Source: Bradymonadia bacterium (GTDB lineage Bacteria; Myxococcota_A; Bradymonadia; UBA7976; UBA1532). From it: a stretch of 64,000 bases of DNA. Each line of letters begins with the position of its first letter. The first letter of the stretch is position 1. A program made the translations under genes and the position numbers. The stretch is taken from positions 1-64,000 of the forward strand of contig JBKAGE010000051.1 in assembly GCA_046290225.1 (NCBI GenBank), in the 5' to 3' direction. The notes below the pieces were generated by a model. The model had not been told where the DNA came from, did not search any database, and saw only the letters and a list, made by a program, of their open reading frames with translations. Below, piece after piece: positions 54,556 through 64,000 of this stretch.

Positions 54556-57500
54556 TCATGTGACCAATGCGCGGGTCTCTTCTGGCTCCTCTTCCTCGGG
54601 GAGCGGCACCTTCTCCGCCAGTCGCTGCAGCACATTGCGCACTGCCCCGAGCGTGTCTCGCAGCTCTTCCTCTGTGTATTGATAGTGCAGCTTGAAGTCC
54701 GCCGGCGCAGTAAAGCCGCTGCGTGGATCGGACACGAGCGCCAGAATCTCTGCCACTGGCAGCGGGGTCTGGGCGTGGAACGTGAACACCACGGCGCCCT
54801 TGCCTTGGCGGTCGACGCTGGTGATGGCGAGGTACTTCGCCAGCGTGCTGATGCGCATCAGCTCGACGAGGTTCTCTGCGGGGCCTGGCAGCGGGCCGAA
54901 GCGATCGGTCATCTCGTCTGCTGCCGAGAGCACATCCTCTTCGTCATTGCAGTTCGAGAGGCGCTTGTAGAACACCAGCCGCAGGTGCGTGTCGGGGATG
55001 TAGTCCTCGGTGAGGCGGGCATTTACGTCGAGGTTAAGATCGGGCTCGATCTCGAGCTTCGGCGGCTCGCCTCTCAGCTTGCGCACCGCCTCGTCGAGCA
55101 GCTGGGCGTAGAGATCGAGGCCCACGGCGGCGATTTGACCCTTCTGCTTCGTGCCCAGCAGCTCGCCGGCACCTCGCAGCTCGAGATCGTGGCTCGCCAC
55201 CTGGAACCCCGAGCCCAGCTCGGTGAACTTCTGAATGACCGCCAGGCGCTTGCGGGCGTCCCCGGCGAGGGCGGCCTCGCTGGGCACCAGCAGGTAGCAG
55301 TAACCGCGCTCCCGGCCACGGCCCACGCGACCCCGCAGCTGGTAGAGCTGGGCCAGACCGAAGTGATCCGCATGATCGACGAGCATGGTGTTGGCGTTGC
55401 TGATGTCGATGCCGCTCTCGATGATCGTCGTGCTCAGCAGCACGTTGTATCGACCTTCGGTGAAGTCGAGCATCACCTCTTCGAGGCGGCCGGGATCCAT
55501 CTGGCCATGGCCCACGACGATGCGGGCCTCGGGCACCAGTGACTGCAGCCACGCCTTGCGGGCCTCGATGGAATGCACCCGGTTGTGCACGAAGAACACT
55601 TGCCCGCCGCGGCCGAGCTCTCGCAGGACCGCGTCGCGGACCACCTGATCGGTGGCCCGACACACGAAGGTGCGCACCGAGAGGCGATCTGCCGGGGGCG
55701 TGGTGATCACGCTCATGTCCCGGATGCCGCTCATCGACAGTTGCAGCGTCCGGGGGATCGGGGTGGCGGTCATGCTGAGCACGTCGAGGTTGGCCCGCAG
55801 CTCTTTGAGGCGCTCCTTGTCTTTCACCCCGAAGCGGTGCTCCTCGTCGAGAATCAGCAGCCCGATCGACTTGAACTTCACGTCTTTGCTGAGCACACGG
55901 TGGGTGCCCACGACGACGTCGACCTTGCCCAGCTTGATGTCGGCGATGATCTCCCGCTGGGTCTTCGCGGTGACCAGACGGCTGAGCAGCTCCACGCGGA
56001 TCGGATACTGGGCGAAGCGGGCCTTGAGGGTCTTGTAGTGCTGCAGGGCCAGCACCGTGGTGGGCACCAGCAGCGCCACCTGACGGGCGTCGAGGACCGC
56101 CTTCATCGCTGCCCGAATGGCCACCTCGGTCTTGCCGAAGCCCACGTCGCCGCAGAGCAGGCGATCCATGGGGCGCTCTGACTGCATGTCGGCGAGCACT
56201 TCATCGATGGCCCGGGCCTGATCGACAGTCTCCTGGAATGGGAAGGTGGCCTCGAAGCTGCGGTAGTAGTCGTCGGGGGCGCTGTGGGCGAAGCCCCTGG
56301 CCATCTCCCGGCGGGCGTAGAGATCGAGCAGGGCGTAGGCGTCTTCTTCGGCGGTCTTCTGGGCCTTGGCCCTGACCTTCTGCCAGGCCGTGCCTCCGAG
56401 CTTGTCGATGCGGGGGTTGCCACCCGACGGGCCTACGTATTTCTGTACTCGGCCGAGCTTGTGCACGGGCAGGTACAGCTTGTCCTTGCCGGCGAACTGC
56501 AGCACGAGGAAGTCGGCCTCGTGGGCCCCCACCTGCAGCTTGGTGAGGCCGAGGTAGCGGCCTACGCCGTGATCGGCGTGCACCACGTGCTCGCCCTCTT
56601 CGAGCTCTCTGAAGCTCTGCACGAAGGGGTTATCGGTCTCCACCCGGGCGGCGCGGCGTTTCGGGGCCTTGCGGCCGAAGATCTCCTCGTCGGTGATCAG
56701 GGCGAAGCCGTGGGTGAGCAGCCGGAACCCGCCGCCCACGTCACCCTGCACCAACACCGCGCCACGCTCTTTGCCACTCGTCGGCGGCCGCAGGTAGGCG
56801 CGAGGGGCCTCTTCGCCCCGGCTCACCTGTACGCCGTAGCCCTTGAGCAGGCGCTCGAGGCGGTCGAGCTGGGTCTGCTGACGACAGGCGATGACCACCC
56901 GGGCGCCACCGCCGAGGCCTTCGTCGTCGCCCTCGGTCCAGAGACGCACCGCCTCGGCGAGGGGGCGCAGGGGCTCGCGATCACCCGTGGCCTGTGACAG
57001 GGCGTGGCTGATGTCGGTGTTCCCCGGCACCTCGAAGCGCAGAGCGTCGTCAGGGCCTTCTACGGCACCGAGCTCATCGACGACCTGCACCGTGTGGGCC
57101 CGCACTGTGGCTCGCTTGCTCAGCTCGGCGAGGACCTCTGCCGGCGAGAGGGCGTGGGACTCCGGTGGCATCACTGCCCGGGGCTCCTCGATGGAGGCTT
57201 CGTACTCCGCGGTGTGGCTCTCTCGCAGCCAGCGCAGCTTCTCGCCGATGGCCATGGGGTCGAGGAGCAGGAACACCGGATCTTCGGGCAGATAATCGAA
57301 GAGGGTGCCCAGCTTTTCGTAGAAAGCCGGCCGGAAACCCTCGATGCCCATGAAGGGGATCCCGTTGGCGAGATCGTCGAGGACCGATTTGAGCTTGCGG
57401 GTGGGCAGCTCCGCCACCTCGGCGGCCTGCAAGATGCCTTTGCGGGCCCTGCTGCGGTAGGGCTCGATGAGCAGCTCCTCGCGGACCGGCGGCACGATGA

Positions 57501-58191
57501 GGGTGTCGTAGTCCGCCTCGGGCACACCGTCGACGAGGCGGGTGCGCTGAGTGGAGGGGCTGAAGGGGCGCAGGCTGTCCACCTCGTCCCCCCACAGCTC
57601 CACCCGTACGGGCTGAGGCAGGTGGGGCGGGTAGATGTCCAGGATCCCACCGCGAATCGCGAAGGTGCCCGGGTCCTCCACGGTGCTCACGGCGTGATAG
57701 CCGCCGTCGGCGAGGGCCCGCAGGCAGGCGTCGCGGTCGAGATCTTCTCCCCGCACGATGATGTAGCTGAGATCGAGGAGCAGATCCTTGGGCACCGTGC
57801 GCCGGGCCAGGGTGTGGGCCGGCACGATGGTGAAGCCATTGCCGGTGCCCCAGGCCATCTGGGCGAGCTGGCTGAGCAGCTCCATCACCGCGCCGCGATC
57901 AGGGCTGAGATCGCTGTAGGGGCTCGCCTCGATGACCGGCAGGTTGATCACGTGGCTGCTGGCCTCGGGATCGTCACCCTGCCCCGAGAAGAAGGCCAGA
58001 TCGCCCGCCACCCGTCGCGCGTCGGCGCCGTCGGGGGTGATCAGCACAAAGGGGCGATCGAGGGCGGCCTTGAGCCGTACGGCCACATAGGCCGCCAGCT
58101 CGGTGTCCACGCCGGTGAGGTCGATGAGTCGTCGCCCGCTGCCGAGCGCCTCGAGCAGATCGTCGAGGGGGAAGCGTTCCGTTGCCGCCAT
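54556..58191 (-). CDS. mfd: Transcription-repair coupling factor
   Basis: UvrB-homology (FAIRGGILDIYP), RID (VVHADHGVGRY), CGDVGFGKTEVA, DEEHRFGV, TATPIPRT, QLRGRVGR, DLELRGAGELLG, TRCF C-terminus. Confidence 0.97.
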   Translation of the reverse strand: MAATERFPLDDLLEALGSGRRLIDLTGVDTELAAYVAVRLKAALDRPFVLITPDGADARRVAGDLAFFSGQGDDPEASSHVINLPVIEASPYSDLSPDRGAVMELLSQLAQMAWGTGNGFTIVPAHTLARRTVPKDLLLDLSYIIVRGEDLDRDACLRALADGGYHAVSTVEDPGTFAIRGGILDIYPPHLPQPVRVELWGDEVDSLRPFSPSTQRTRLVDGVPEADYDTLIVPPVREELLIEPYRSRARKGILQAAEVAELPTRKLKSVLDDLANGIPFMGIEGFRPAFYEKLGTLFDYLPEDPVFLLLDPMAIGEKLRWLRESHTAEYEASIEEPRAVMPPESHALSPAEVLAELSKRATVRAHTVQVVDELGAVEGPDDALRFEVPGNTDISHALSQATGDREPLRPLAEAVRLWTEGDDEGLGGGARVVIACRQQTQLDRLERLLKGYGVQVSRGEEAPRAYLRPPTSGKERGAVLVQGDVGGGFRLLTHGFALITDEEIFGRKAPKRRAARVETDNPFVQSFRELEEGEHVVHADHGVGRYLGLTKLQVGAHEADFLVLQFAGKDKLYLPVHKLGRVQKYVGPSGGNPRIDKLGGTAWQKVRAKAQKTAEEDAYALLDLYARREMARGFAHSAPDDYYRSFEATFPFQETVDQARAIDEVLADMQSERPMDRLLCGDVGFGKTEVAIRAAMKAVLDARQVALLVPTTVLALQHYKTLKARFAQYPIRVELLSRLVTAKTQREIIADIKLGKVDVVVGTHRVLSKDVKFKSIGLLILDEEHRFGVKDKERLKELRANLDVLSMTATPIPRTLQLSMSGIRDMSVITTPPADRLSVRTFVCRATDQVVRDAVLRELGRGGQVFFVHNRVHSIEARKAWLQSLVPEARIVVGHGQMDPGRLEEVMLDFTEGRYNVLLSTTIIESGIDISNANTMLVDHADHFGLAQLYQLRGRVGRGRERGYCYLLVPSEAALAGDARKRLAVIQKFTELGSGFQVASHDLELRGAGELLGTKQKGQIAAVGLDLYAQLLDEAVRKLRGEPPKLEIEPDLNLDVNARLTEDYIPDTHLRLVFYKRLSNCNDEEDVLSAADEMTDRFGPLPGPAENLVELMRISTLAKYLAITSVDRQGKGAVVFTFHAQTPLPVAEILALVSDPRSGFTAPADFKLHYQYTEEELRDTLGAVRNVLQRLAEKVPLPEEEEPEETRALVT

Positions 58192-58265
58192 GTCGCTTTA
58201 CCGTAGGTCAGAAGAAATCAAGGTGGGCCCGCTGATCATCTGGCGCGCGCTCAGCGCGCGAACGC

Positions 58266-59822
58266 TCAGAGATCGGTGGTCGCCGAGAGACCGAAGACGT
58301 GATAGTGGCCGTCGAAGTCGCCGTTCCCTGCAGGGACCCACTGGGACTCGTCGGGCTGCTGAATGTCGATGATACCGGCCTCGCTGTTGTCGACGCTCCG
58401 GCTGAACATGTGCACATAGGCGTAGCCCACGTCCACAGTGACCGGGCCGATGACGTAGCCGGCGCCGATGTGGCCCGAGGCCAGATCGAGGCCGGGGAAG
58501 TCGAGGTGGGAGAACTCCTCCGGGCTGGCCCCGGTCTCGTAGCTGGCGCCGAGACGCACCGTGAGCTCGCCGGGCATCACCTGCCAGTCGCCGCCGAGGC
58601 GGAAGCTGTGAGAGTCCTGGTAGTTCCGCCTGTCGGTGAGGGAGGGCAGGGGCACGTCGGGGATGCTGCCGCCGTTGGCCAGGATCAGGTCCACCTGCTG
58701 GGCCTCGAACTCCACCTCGTACCCCTGGTGCACCGAGTTGGCCTCGAAGACGTAGTCGAACTCGATGTCGAAGATCTCTTCTTGAGTGCGATCGTCGCGG
58801 TGCACGTAGCGCACACCTGCCCGGACCACCGTGGGGTTGTCGAAGCTGAAGGTGATGTCGTTGTTCGGCGTGCCGTCGGCGTTCTCCGGCGTGAGCTCCC
58901 CAGCGTACGGGTAGCTACCGATGGTGGGCTCCCCGGTGCAGGCACCGTTGGCGTCGGGGTTGGGGCACTCGGCGAAGAGGCGCAGGCGGGCCTCGCCAGA
59001 GGCTTCGTGACGGAACCCGGGCCGCACGCTCAGGCCGAACTGCATGCTCGGCGTCGGGGCGTAGTGCACGCCGATGGTGGCCGTGGGGGCGAACCAGTCT
59101 TCGAACTCGAGCTCCACCTCAGAGGGCGCCACGCCCCCAGCGCCCTTGCGGATCGTGGCGAAGACCATGGAGTTCTGCAGGCTCACGCCCACGGAGAGCT
59201 CTTTGATGGGCCGCCAGGCCGCCGAGAGGGTGGGGAACATCTGCAGCAGCTCGGTCTCCATGACCAGCCCATTGGGGAACAGCGTGGCGTCGCGGTTCCC
59301 TGCGAGATCGTCGCTGACGTCGGCGCCGGTGCGGGTGTTGGTGGCGCCCTTCACCGTCCACTGGTTCGGGAACCGGTGGTTGCCGTGGGCCGCGGGGCCG
59401 TAGATGCCGAAGCCGAAGCCCCAGTCTGGGAGCTCTTCGAAGCCGAACTGGCCGGCGATGAAGGGGGCGATGAAGGCCGGGGCGTTCTGCTCTGCGGTCT
59501 CGAACTCGATGCGGGTTCGAGGCACCACGTCTTCCGTGGCCGCCGGCGTGAACCGGTGGGTCAGGTCGACGATGTTCGCTGAGACTGTGAGCCGGAGCCC
59601 GGGGCCCTGCAGCGCGAGGCCCGCAGGGTTGTAGTAGATGGCCGTGGGGTCATCTGCCTTGGCGGTGAAGGCACCGGCCCGTCCGAGTGCCCGAGCGCCA
59701 TTGTCGGGGTACTCGGTGTTGAAGCCATTGGCCCAAACCGGGCTGGCCATCGTGAGAGTCATGGCCACGGTGACCCACGAGGGTCGAGGGGTGAGCACAC
59801 GGAGTGAAGCGGGGTATCGCAT
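58266..59822 (-). CDS. FadL/OmpP1-family outer-membrane transporter
   Basis: Start about 59822; signal ..VWA-NGF; GARALGRAGAFTAKADDPTAIYYNPAGL; beta-barrel C-terminus. Confidence 0.85.
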   Translation of the reverse strand: MRYPASLRVLTPRPSWVTVAMTLTMASPVWANGFNTEYPDNGARALGRAGAFTAKADDPTAIYYNPAGLALQGPGLRLTVSANIVDLTHRFTPAATEDVVPRTRIEFETAEQNAPAFIAPFIAGQFGFEELPDWGFGFGIYGPAAHGNHRFPNQWTVKGATNTRTGADVSDDLAGNRDATLFPNGLVMETELLQMFPTLSAAWRPIKELSVGVSLQNSMVFATIRKGAGGVAPSEVELEFEDWFAPTATIGVHYAPTPSMQFGLSVRPGFRHEASGEARLRLFAECPNPDANGACTGEPTIGSYPYAGELTPENADGTPNNDITFSFDNPTVVRAGVRYVHRDDRTQEEIFDIEFDYVFEANSVHQGYEVEFEAQQVDLILANGGSIPDVPLPSLTDRRNYQDSHSFRLGGDWQVMPGELTVRLGASYETGASPEEFSHLDFPGLDLASGHIGAGYVIGPVTVDVGYAYVHMFSRSVDNSEAGIIDIQQPDESQWVPAGNGDFDGHYHVFGLSATTDL

Positions 59823-60039
59823 CAATGCCTCCAGAAAAAACGGGCAGATCGAGCGGCCGGCCTGTGAGGTGGGGTGGGCGGAGCCGAGCGGACGATATTC
59901 GGGCCGCCGTTTCGCATCAAGCTGATCCCGCCTTTGGTCGATTGAAGCACTCAGGGCTGACCTTATGCTGTCCGGGGCGCTGGGTATGACGAAGATGTGG
60001 CACACGATGATCGAAGAACCACCAAAGAAATCTACAGCC

Positions 60040-61839
60040 ATGGCGAGAGGCAACAGCGCGCTGCACGGTTGGGCCGTGGCGGTTGCACTGTGTTCGATCA
60101 CACTCTGTGCGGGTTGTAGCAGCCCTGACTCTTCGGGCAACACACCGCCGGTGGCCAACGCCGGTGCAGACATCACCACCGCCCTCTCCGAGGACGGCGC
60201 TTCGGTGATGCTCGACGGGGCCCAGAGCTACGATCCAGATGGAGACGACATCCTCTTCAACTGGTCCCTCATCGAGGGCCCGACCCAGCCAGACTGGTCT
60301 TTCGAGGATCGAGGGCTCGACTACTTCGAAGTGGTCTTGCGCCGACCAGGGCTCTACGTCTTCGAGCTTCAGGTAGAAGACGCTTCAGGGGTGATGGCGA
60401 GCGATCTGGTGAACGTGCAGGTGTCACCCTCTCTCGATGCTGGCCCGCCTGATGCTGAGGTGCCCGATGCCGAGGTGCCCGATGTCGAGGTGCCCGATGT
60501 CGAGGTGCCCGACATGGAGCCCGAGGACATGGGGTTGCCCGATGACATGGGCCCCGACGCAGCGCCGACGAACCAGGCGCCACAGGCTGTGGCAGAAGCC
60601 GAGCCCCAGCGGCTTGCTGTGGGTCAGACCGTGGCCCTCTCCGCCCTCGGGTCGACCGATGATGGCCTTGGCGGTGAGCTGAGCCACCGCTGGCGTTTGA
60701 TCTCCGCGCCCTTCGGCGTACAGGCCCAGTTCGATGATCCCGGTGATGTGGCCGAGACCTCCTTCTCGCCTCTGGCCCCTGGCCGGTACACCTTCGAAGT
60801 GCAGGTGGCCGACGCAGACTTCGAAGATCGAACCACCGTTTCGTTCTACGTCACCGGCGCTTCGGCCTACGCGCTGGTCCCCGAGACCCGCTCTGTGTGG
60901 CCTGTAGACGCCAGCACCGGCTTGACGACTAACCCCCCTGTGCAGTGGGGCGGTGGTGGTGAGCCTCTTATGCTCGCAGCCCGAGCGGGTGTGCTCTACG
61001 TCATCACTGCGCCCACCGAGGTGAGCCCCGGCACGCTCCTGGTCCTCGCACCCGGGCGGCCCGAGGTGCGCCGGGCATTGCCCCGCAACGCCATCGTCAC
61101 CGGGCTGTACCCCACGGTGACCGGGGTGTGGATCGTGCTGTCGAACAGCCCCCTCATGTGGTTCACCGATCCACTGGGCAGCTTGAGCTTGCAGCCCGTG
61201 GCCGTGCCGGAGAACTACCCCAACGGTGGCGGCTTCGCTGCTGAAGGCAACGGCGCCTGGATGTCATCCACCTTCTCCGATGCCGCAGTGCTCCGCCTCG
61301 ACGCCATCACCCGCAGCTTCGAGACCGTCGCCGTCGATACGGCGAACCGATGCAACCCTCGAGATCTGGCCGTAGACGACACCTGGCTCTACCTGGCCTG
61401 TCGCAATCAGGGGGCCGTGGCACGTGTGCCTCGGGATTTCGAAGGCGCCCTGGAGTGGTCCAGCGCCATCACCGCGGGCAACCTCGGTCAGCGGGCAGAG
61501 CAGATGGTCCTCGTCGACGACGTGGTGGTGGTCCGCCACAACAATGGCGATCGCCTCAGTTTGATCCCCATCGAGCGTTTCGACCTTCCGGAAGATGATC
61601 CCGAGCGGTTCCCCGGAGCGCTGCCTTCGGTGATGCTTTCGGGGACCCCCATCGACATCTTCACCGGTGATGGGCAAGCCCATGTGCTGGTGCGCCGACC
61701 TGATGGATCGACGGGGCTCGACGTCTTCGAGCCTGGGTCTCCAGAGACCCTTCGGGCCCTCAGCTTGACCCCCACTGGGGTGACCGATCTGGTCATAGAT
61801 GCCGCCGAGGACCCGAATTTCGCCCTGGATCCCCTTTGA
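60040..61839 (+). CDS. Lipoprotein with two PKD/K319-like domains and a beta-propeller-like C-terminus
   Basis: Lipobox CAGC; NTPPVANAGAD..LDGAQSYDPDGD..W..GLYVFELQV; NQAPQAVA..STDD..PGRYTFEVQV. Confidence 0.75.
   Translation: MARGNSALHGWAVAVALCSITLCAGCSSPDSSGNTPPVANAGADITTALSEDGASVMLDGAQSYDPDGDDILFNWSLIEGPTQPDWSFEDRGLDYFEVVLRRPGLYVFELQVEDASGVMASDLVNVQVSPSLDAGPPDAEVPDAEVPDVEVPDVEVPDMEPEDMGLPDDMGPDAAPTNQAPQAVAEAEPQRLAVGQTVALSALGSTDDGLGGELSHRWRLISAPFGVQAQFDDPGDVAETSFSPLAPGRYTFEVQVADADFEDRTTVSFYVTGASAYALVPETRSVWPVDASTGLTTNPPVQWGGGGEPLMLAARAGVLYVITAPTEVSPGTLLVLAPGRPEVRRALPRNAIVTGLYPTVTGVWIVLSNSPLMWFTDPLGSLSLQPVAVPENYPNGGGFAAEGNGAWMSSTFSDAAVLRLDAITRSFETVAVDTANRCNPRDLAVDDTWLYLACRNQGAVARVPRDFEGALEWSSAITAGNLGQRAEQMVLVDDVVVVRHNNGDRLSLIPIERFDLPEDDPERFPGALPSVMLSGTPIDIFTGDGQAHVLVRRPDGSTGLDVFEPGSPETLRALSLTPTGVTDLVIDAAEDPNFALDPL
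60448..60519 (+). repeat. 15-bp coding tandem repeat (PD[AV]EV)n linker
   Basis: cctgatgctgaggtg cccgatgccgaggtg cccgatgtcgaggtg cccgatgtcgaggtg cccgacatggag. Confidence 0.8.
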
Positions 61840-61953
61840 TTTTGAATGGTTCTCATCAGAACGGCCCATCGATCGGGGATGTTGACACTCTCTTCGAGGC
61901 CCCGATAGGCTTCGAGCAACATCTCGAATTGCCTCTAAGGACGGCCAGCAAAG

Positions 61954-63990
61954 ATGAACACTGGGCAGACCTCCCCCAATCGTAAGTCGCCTCACCGTTC
62001 AGGGCTGCCCAAGGCAGCCCCGCCTTACAAGCTCCTCGGCCTGTGTGCCGTGATGATCGCCGCCACGGCGGTGGGCTTCGTCGGGTGTGACGATGATGAC
62101 TCTGAGCCCGCCGTCGATCCGGCCCCCGACATCGTCGTCACTGCTGATTTTCAGTGCACGCTCGGGGCCAACTACTTGCCGGTGACCACCCGGGAAGAGA
62201 TCCAGACGGCCGAATTGATCACCACCTTCGTGACGGTAGAGGGCCGGGATCCGGCACAGCCGAATACGTTGATGACCGATGGCACGCCCATCGATCTCTT
62301 CGTGGCTGATGCCAACGGCGAGCAGGTCACTGCGGCGGGCTCCTTCGTATCGTCGCCATCGCCCATCGAGGCGGTGAGTGACGGGCTGACCCTGGTGACG
62401 GGTCGTACGACCGACGAGTTCTACTGCATCCAAGAGGGGGTCTTCTGGCTCTTCGCCAGCACGGACGAGTACGCAGGGCTCACGGAGCCTCTGCGCAGCC
62501 GCCGTGGTTTTCCCGTGCGGTGTGTGAGCCGGGCGGAGTGGCGTTGTCAGTGTGAGGATGACTGCTCAGAGGTCGACGTAGACGCCGGACCCGACGCCGC
62601 CCTCGACATGGGCGTCATCGATTCGGATGCGGGCGACATGATGCCCGATGCCGAGCTGCCCACCCTCACCCTCAACTATGACTCGCCTGCCGCCGACGAG
62701 CTCGAGATCGGCATTCGAGGCTCGTTCCGCGAAGGTCGGGGCGACAACGTGATCCTCACCTTCAAGGTGGCTGAGGGCGGCGCAGTGCCTACGAGCCCGG
62801 TCACGGTGGACTTCACCCTGGCGCCTGACTCCCCCAGTGACATTCAGCTGCAGCCGGCAACCGTAGTGGCCGACGCTGACGGGTTTGCTCGGGTGCGGGT
62901 GACCGCAGGGGTGACCCCTGGCGTCACTGCGGTGGTGGCCACGGCCACTCAGGGCGCCCAGAGCGAGACCCGGACCAGCCCCACCATCTCCATCCGCGGG
63001 GGCATCCCCAGCCATCGTGGGTTCACCTTCGTGTGCAACCAGTCGGTGATCCCCTCGTTCTTGCGCCGGGCGCCTGCCACCTGGCCCATGAGCCTCATTC
63101 CCGAGGCTGCCGAGTGCACCGTGCTGCTCTCGGACCGCCTCGGCGGCGTCATCGACGAGCCCACCCAGGTGTTCTACCTTTCTGAGGCGGGCAACGTGGA
63201 GCAGGCGGTGCCCACCGACAATCAGGGGCTCAGCGTAACCAAGTTCGGGGCCAGCGAGCCGCCGCCGGACGACTTCCTGAACCCGGGCATCTTCGATCCA
63301 CAAGACGGCCTGGCCACGCTCGTGGCCATCACCCGAGGTGAAGAGGAGTTCACCGACAACAACGCCAATGGCGTGTACGATCCCGGCGAGCCCCTCGTGG
63401 ATCTCCCGGAGCCCTTCGTCGACTCCAACGACAACGGCGTGCACGACTTCGGTGAGCTCTACCGGGACACCAACGGTGACGGCATGTGGAACCCCGCCAA
63501 CATGCAGTGGGACAACAACATCGAGATCTGGCGCTCCACCAAGATTCTGCTCACGGGCGATCTCTCCCCTGTGACCAGTCGGGTCGACATTGATTGCGCC
63601 AACGGCCTGTGCAGCAACCGCGCCGAGTTCGACGCCAGCTGCCCACCCGGGCTCGACTACTACCTCAACGATCTGGGTCGCCTCGACTTCACGATGTACC
63701 CCCTGGACGACAACAGCAACTGTGTGCTCGGCAGCGTCGATGTAGAGAGCGATCTCAATGACTTGCGGATCGCACCGGGCATCATGGAGTCCTTCGACAT
63801 CACCCCCGATGATTGCTTCCAGAATGGCCAGCCCGGCGGGAGCGCCTTCAACTTCTCTCTCATCGACGGCTCACAGAGAGAGCCGGGAGACGAGATCGAG
63901 GTCGGCGAAGTCAACATCACTCTGACCTACCGCCGCTCCACGGGTGAGCAGGTGACCGAGAACTACATCTACAGCGTCTGCCTCCCCTGA
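61954..63990 (+). CDS. Lipoprotein with Ig-like (Big_1/invasin-type) domains and Ca-binding DxNxNG loops
   Basis: Lipobox FVGC; ADADGFARVRVTAG..PG..V.AT; GEEEFTDNNANGVYD..DLPEPFVDSNDNG; DTNGDG. Confidence 0.7.
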   Translation: MNTGQTSPNRKSPHRSGLPKAAPPYKLLGLCAVMIAATAVGFVGCDDDDSEPAVDPAPDIVVTADFQCTLGANYLPVTTREEIQTAELITTFVTVEGRDPAQPNTLMTDGTPIDLFVADANGEQVTAAGSFVSSPSPIEAVSDGLTLVTGRTTDEFYCIQEGVFWLFASTDEYAGLTEPLRSRRGFPVRCVSRAEWRCQCEDDCSEVDVDAGPDAALDMGVIDSDAGDMMPDAELPTLTLNYDSPAADELEIGIRGSFREGRGDNVILTFKVAEGGAVPTSPVTVDFTLAPDSPSDIQLQPATVVADADGFARVRVTAGVTPGVTAVVATATQGAQSETRTSPTISIRGGIPSHRGFTFVCNQSVIPSFLRRAPATWPMSLIPEAAECTVLLSDRLGGVIDEPTQVFYLSEAGNVEQAVPTDNQGLSVTKFGASEPPPDDFLNPGIFDPQDGLATLVAITRGEEEFTDNNANGVYDPGEPLVDLPEPFVDSNDNGVHDFGELYRDTNGDGMWNPANMQWDNNIEIWRSTKILLTGDLSPVTSRVDIDCANGLCSNRAEFDASCPPGLDYYLNDLGRLDFTMYPLDDNSNCVLGSVDVESDLNDLRIAPGIMESFDITPDDCFQNGQPGGSAFNFSLIDGSQREPGDEIEVGEVNITLTYRRSTGEQVTENYIYSVCLP

Positions 63991-64000
63991 CTTATTGCCC

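Noticed and set aside
1706..59582. Long antisense or alternate-frame ORFs (e.g. 1706-2974, 20478-22115, 27514-29352, 33541-34917, 42062-43771, 43895-45343, 58299-59582)
   Set aside because: Shadow ORFs expected from high-GC codon bias opposite well-supported genes; no motifs
30282..60179. Long N-terminal extensions in the ORF track (purH to 32093, purD to 35199, purF to 36629, PQQ protein to 48644, FadL to 60179, also 19234)
   Set aside because: They overlap neighbouring genes; downstream starts fit RBS, signal-peptide or stop-start overlap evidence

Overview
GC-rich bacterial chromosomal window. The many lipoproteins with acidic 'PDAE/PDM' linkers, Cys-rich CGDG..E.CDDG repeats, a MYXO-CTERM-like tail and GKADG motifs point to a Myxococcota-like organism (inference). 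Housekeeping content: de novo purine genes in two minus-strand blocks (purB-purC-purF-purD/purM fusion-purN-purH, and purQ-purA), mfd, rtcB, a FadL-type porin, a GST, a YdcF protein, a sigma54 activator and a FitA/VapC toxin-antitoxin pair. Most of the rest encodes secreted or lipoprotein surface proteins. Most striking: (1) two tandem lipoproteins that carry duplicated flagellin-like outer (D2/D3, 'IN-motif') modules but no flagellin D0/D1 helices; (2) three secreted paralogs built on a 350-400 aa left-handed beta-helix, with mix-and-match TSP3 and fibrinogen-like end domains; (3) a 161-bp MITE-like element just upstream of rtcB that folds into a strand-specific rod with G.U pairs; (4) a PurD-PurM fusion followed by purN, the same domain order as eukaryotic GART; (5) a dispersed (GGGCAC)n repeat family and a 102-bp palindromic tandem repeat. 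No rRNA, intact tRNA, CRISPR array or transposase was seen. All calls come from reading motifs by eye; no database searches were run.
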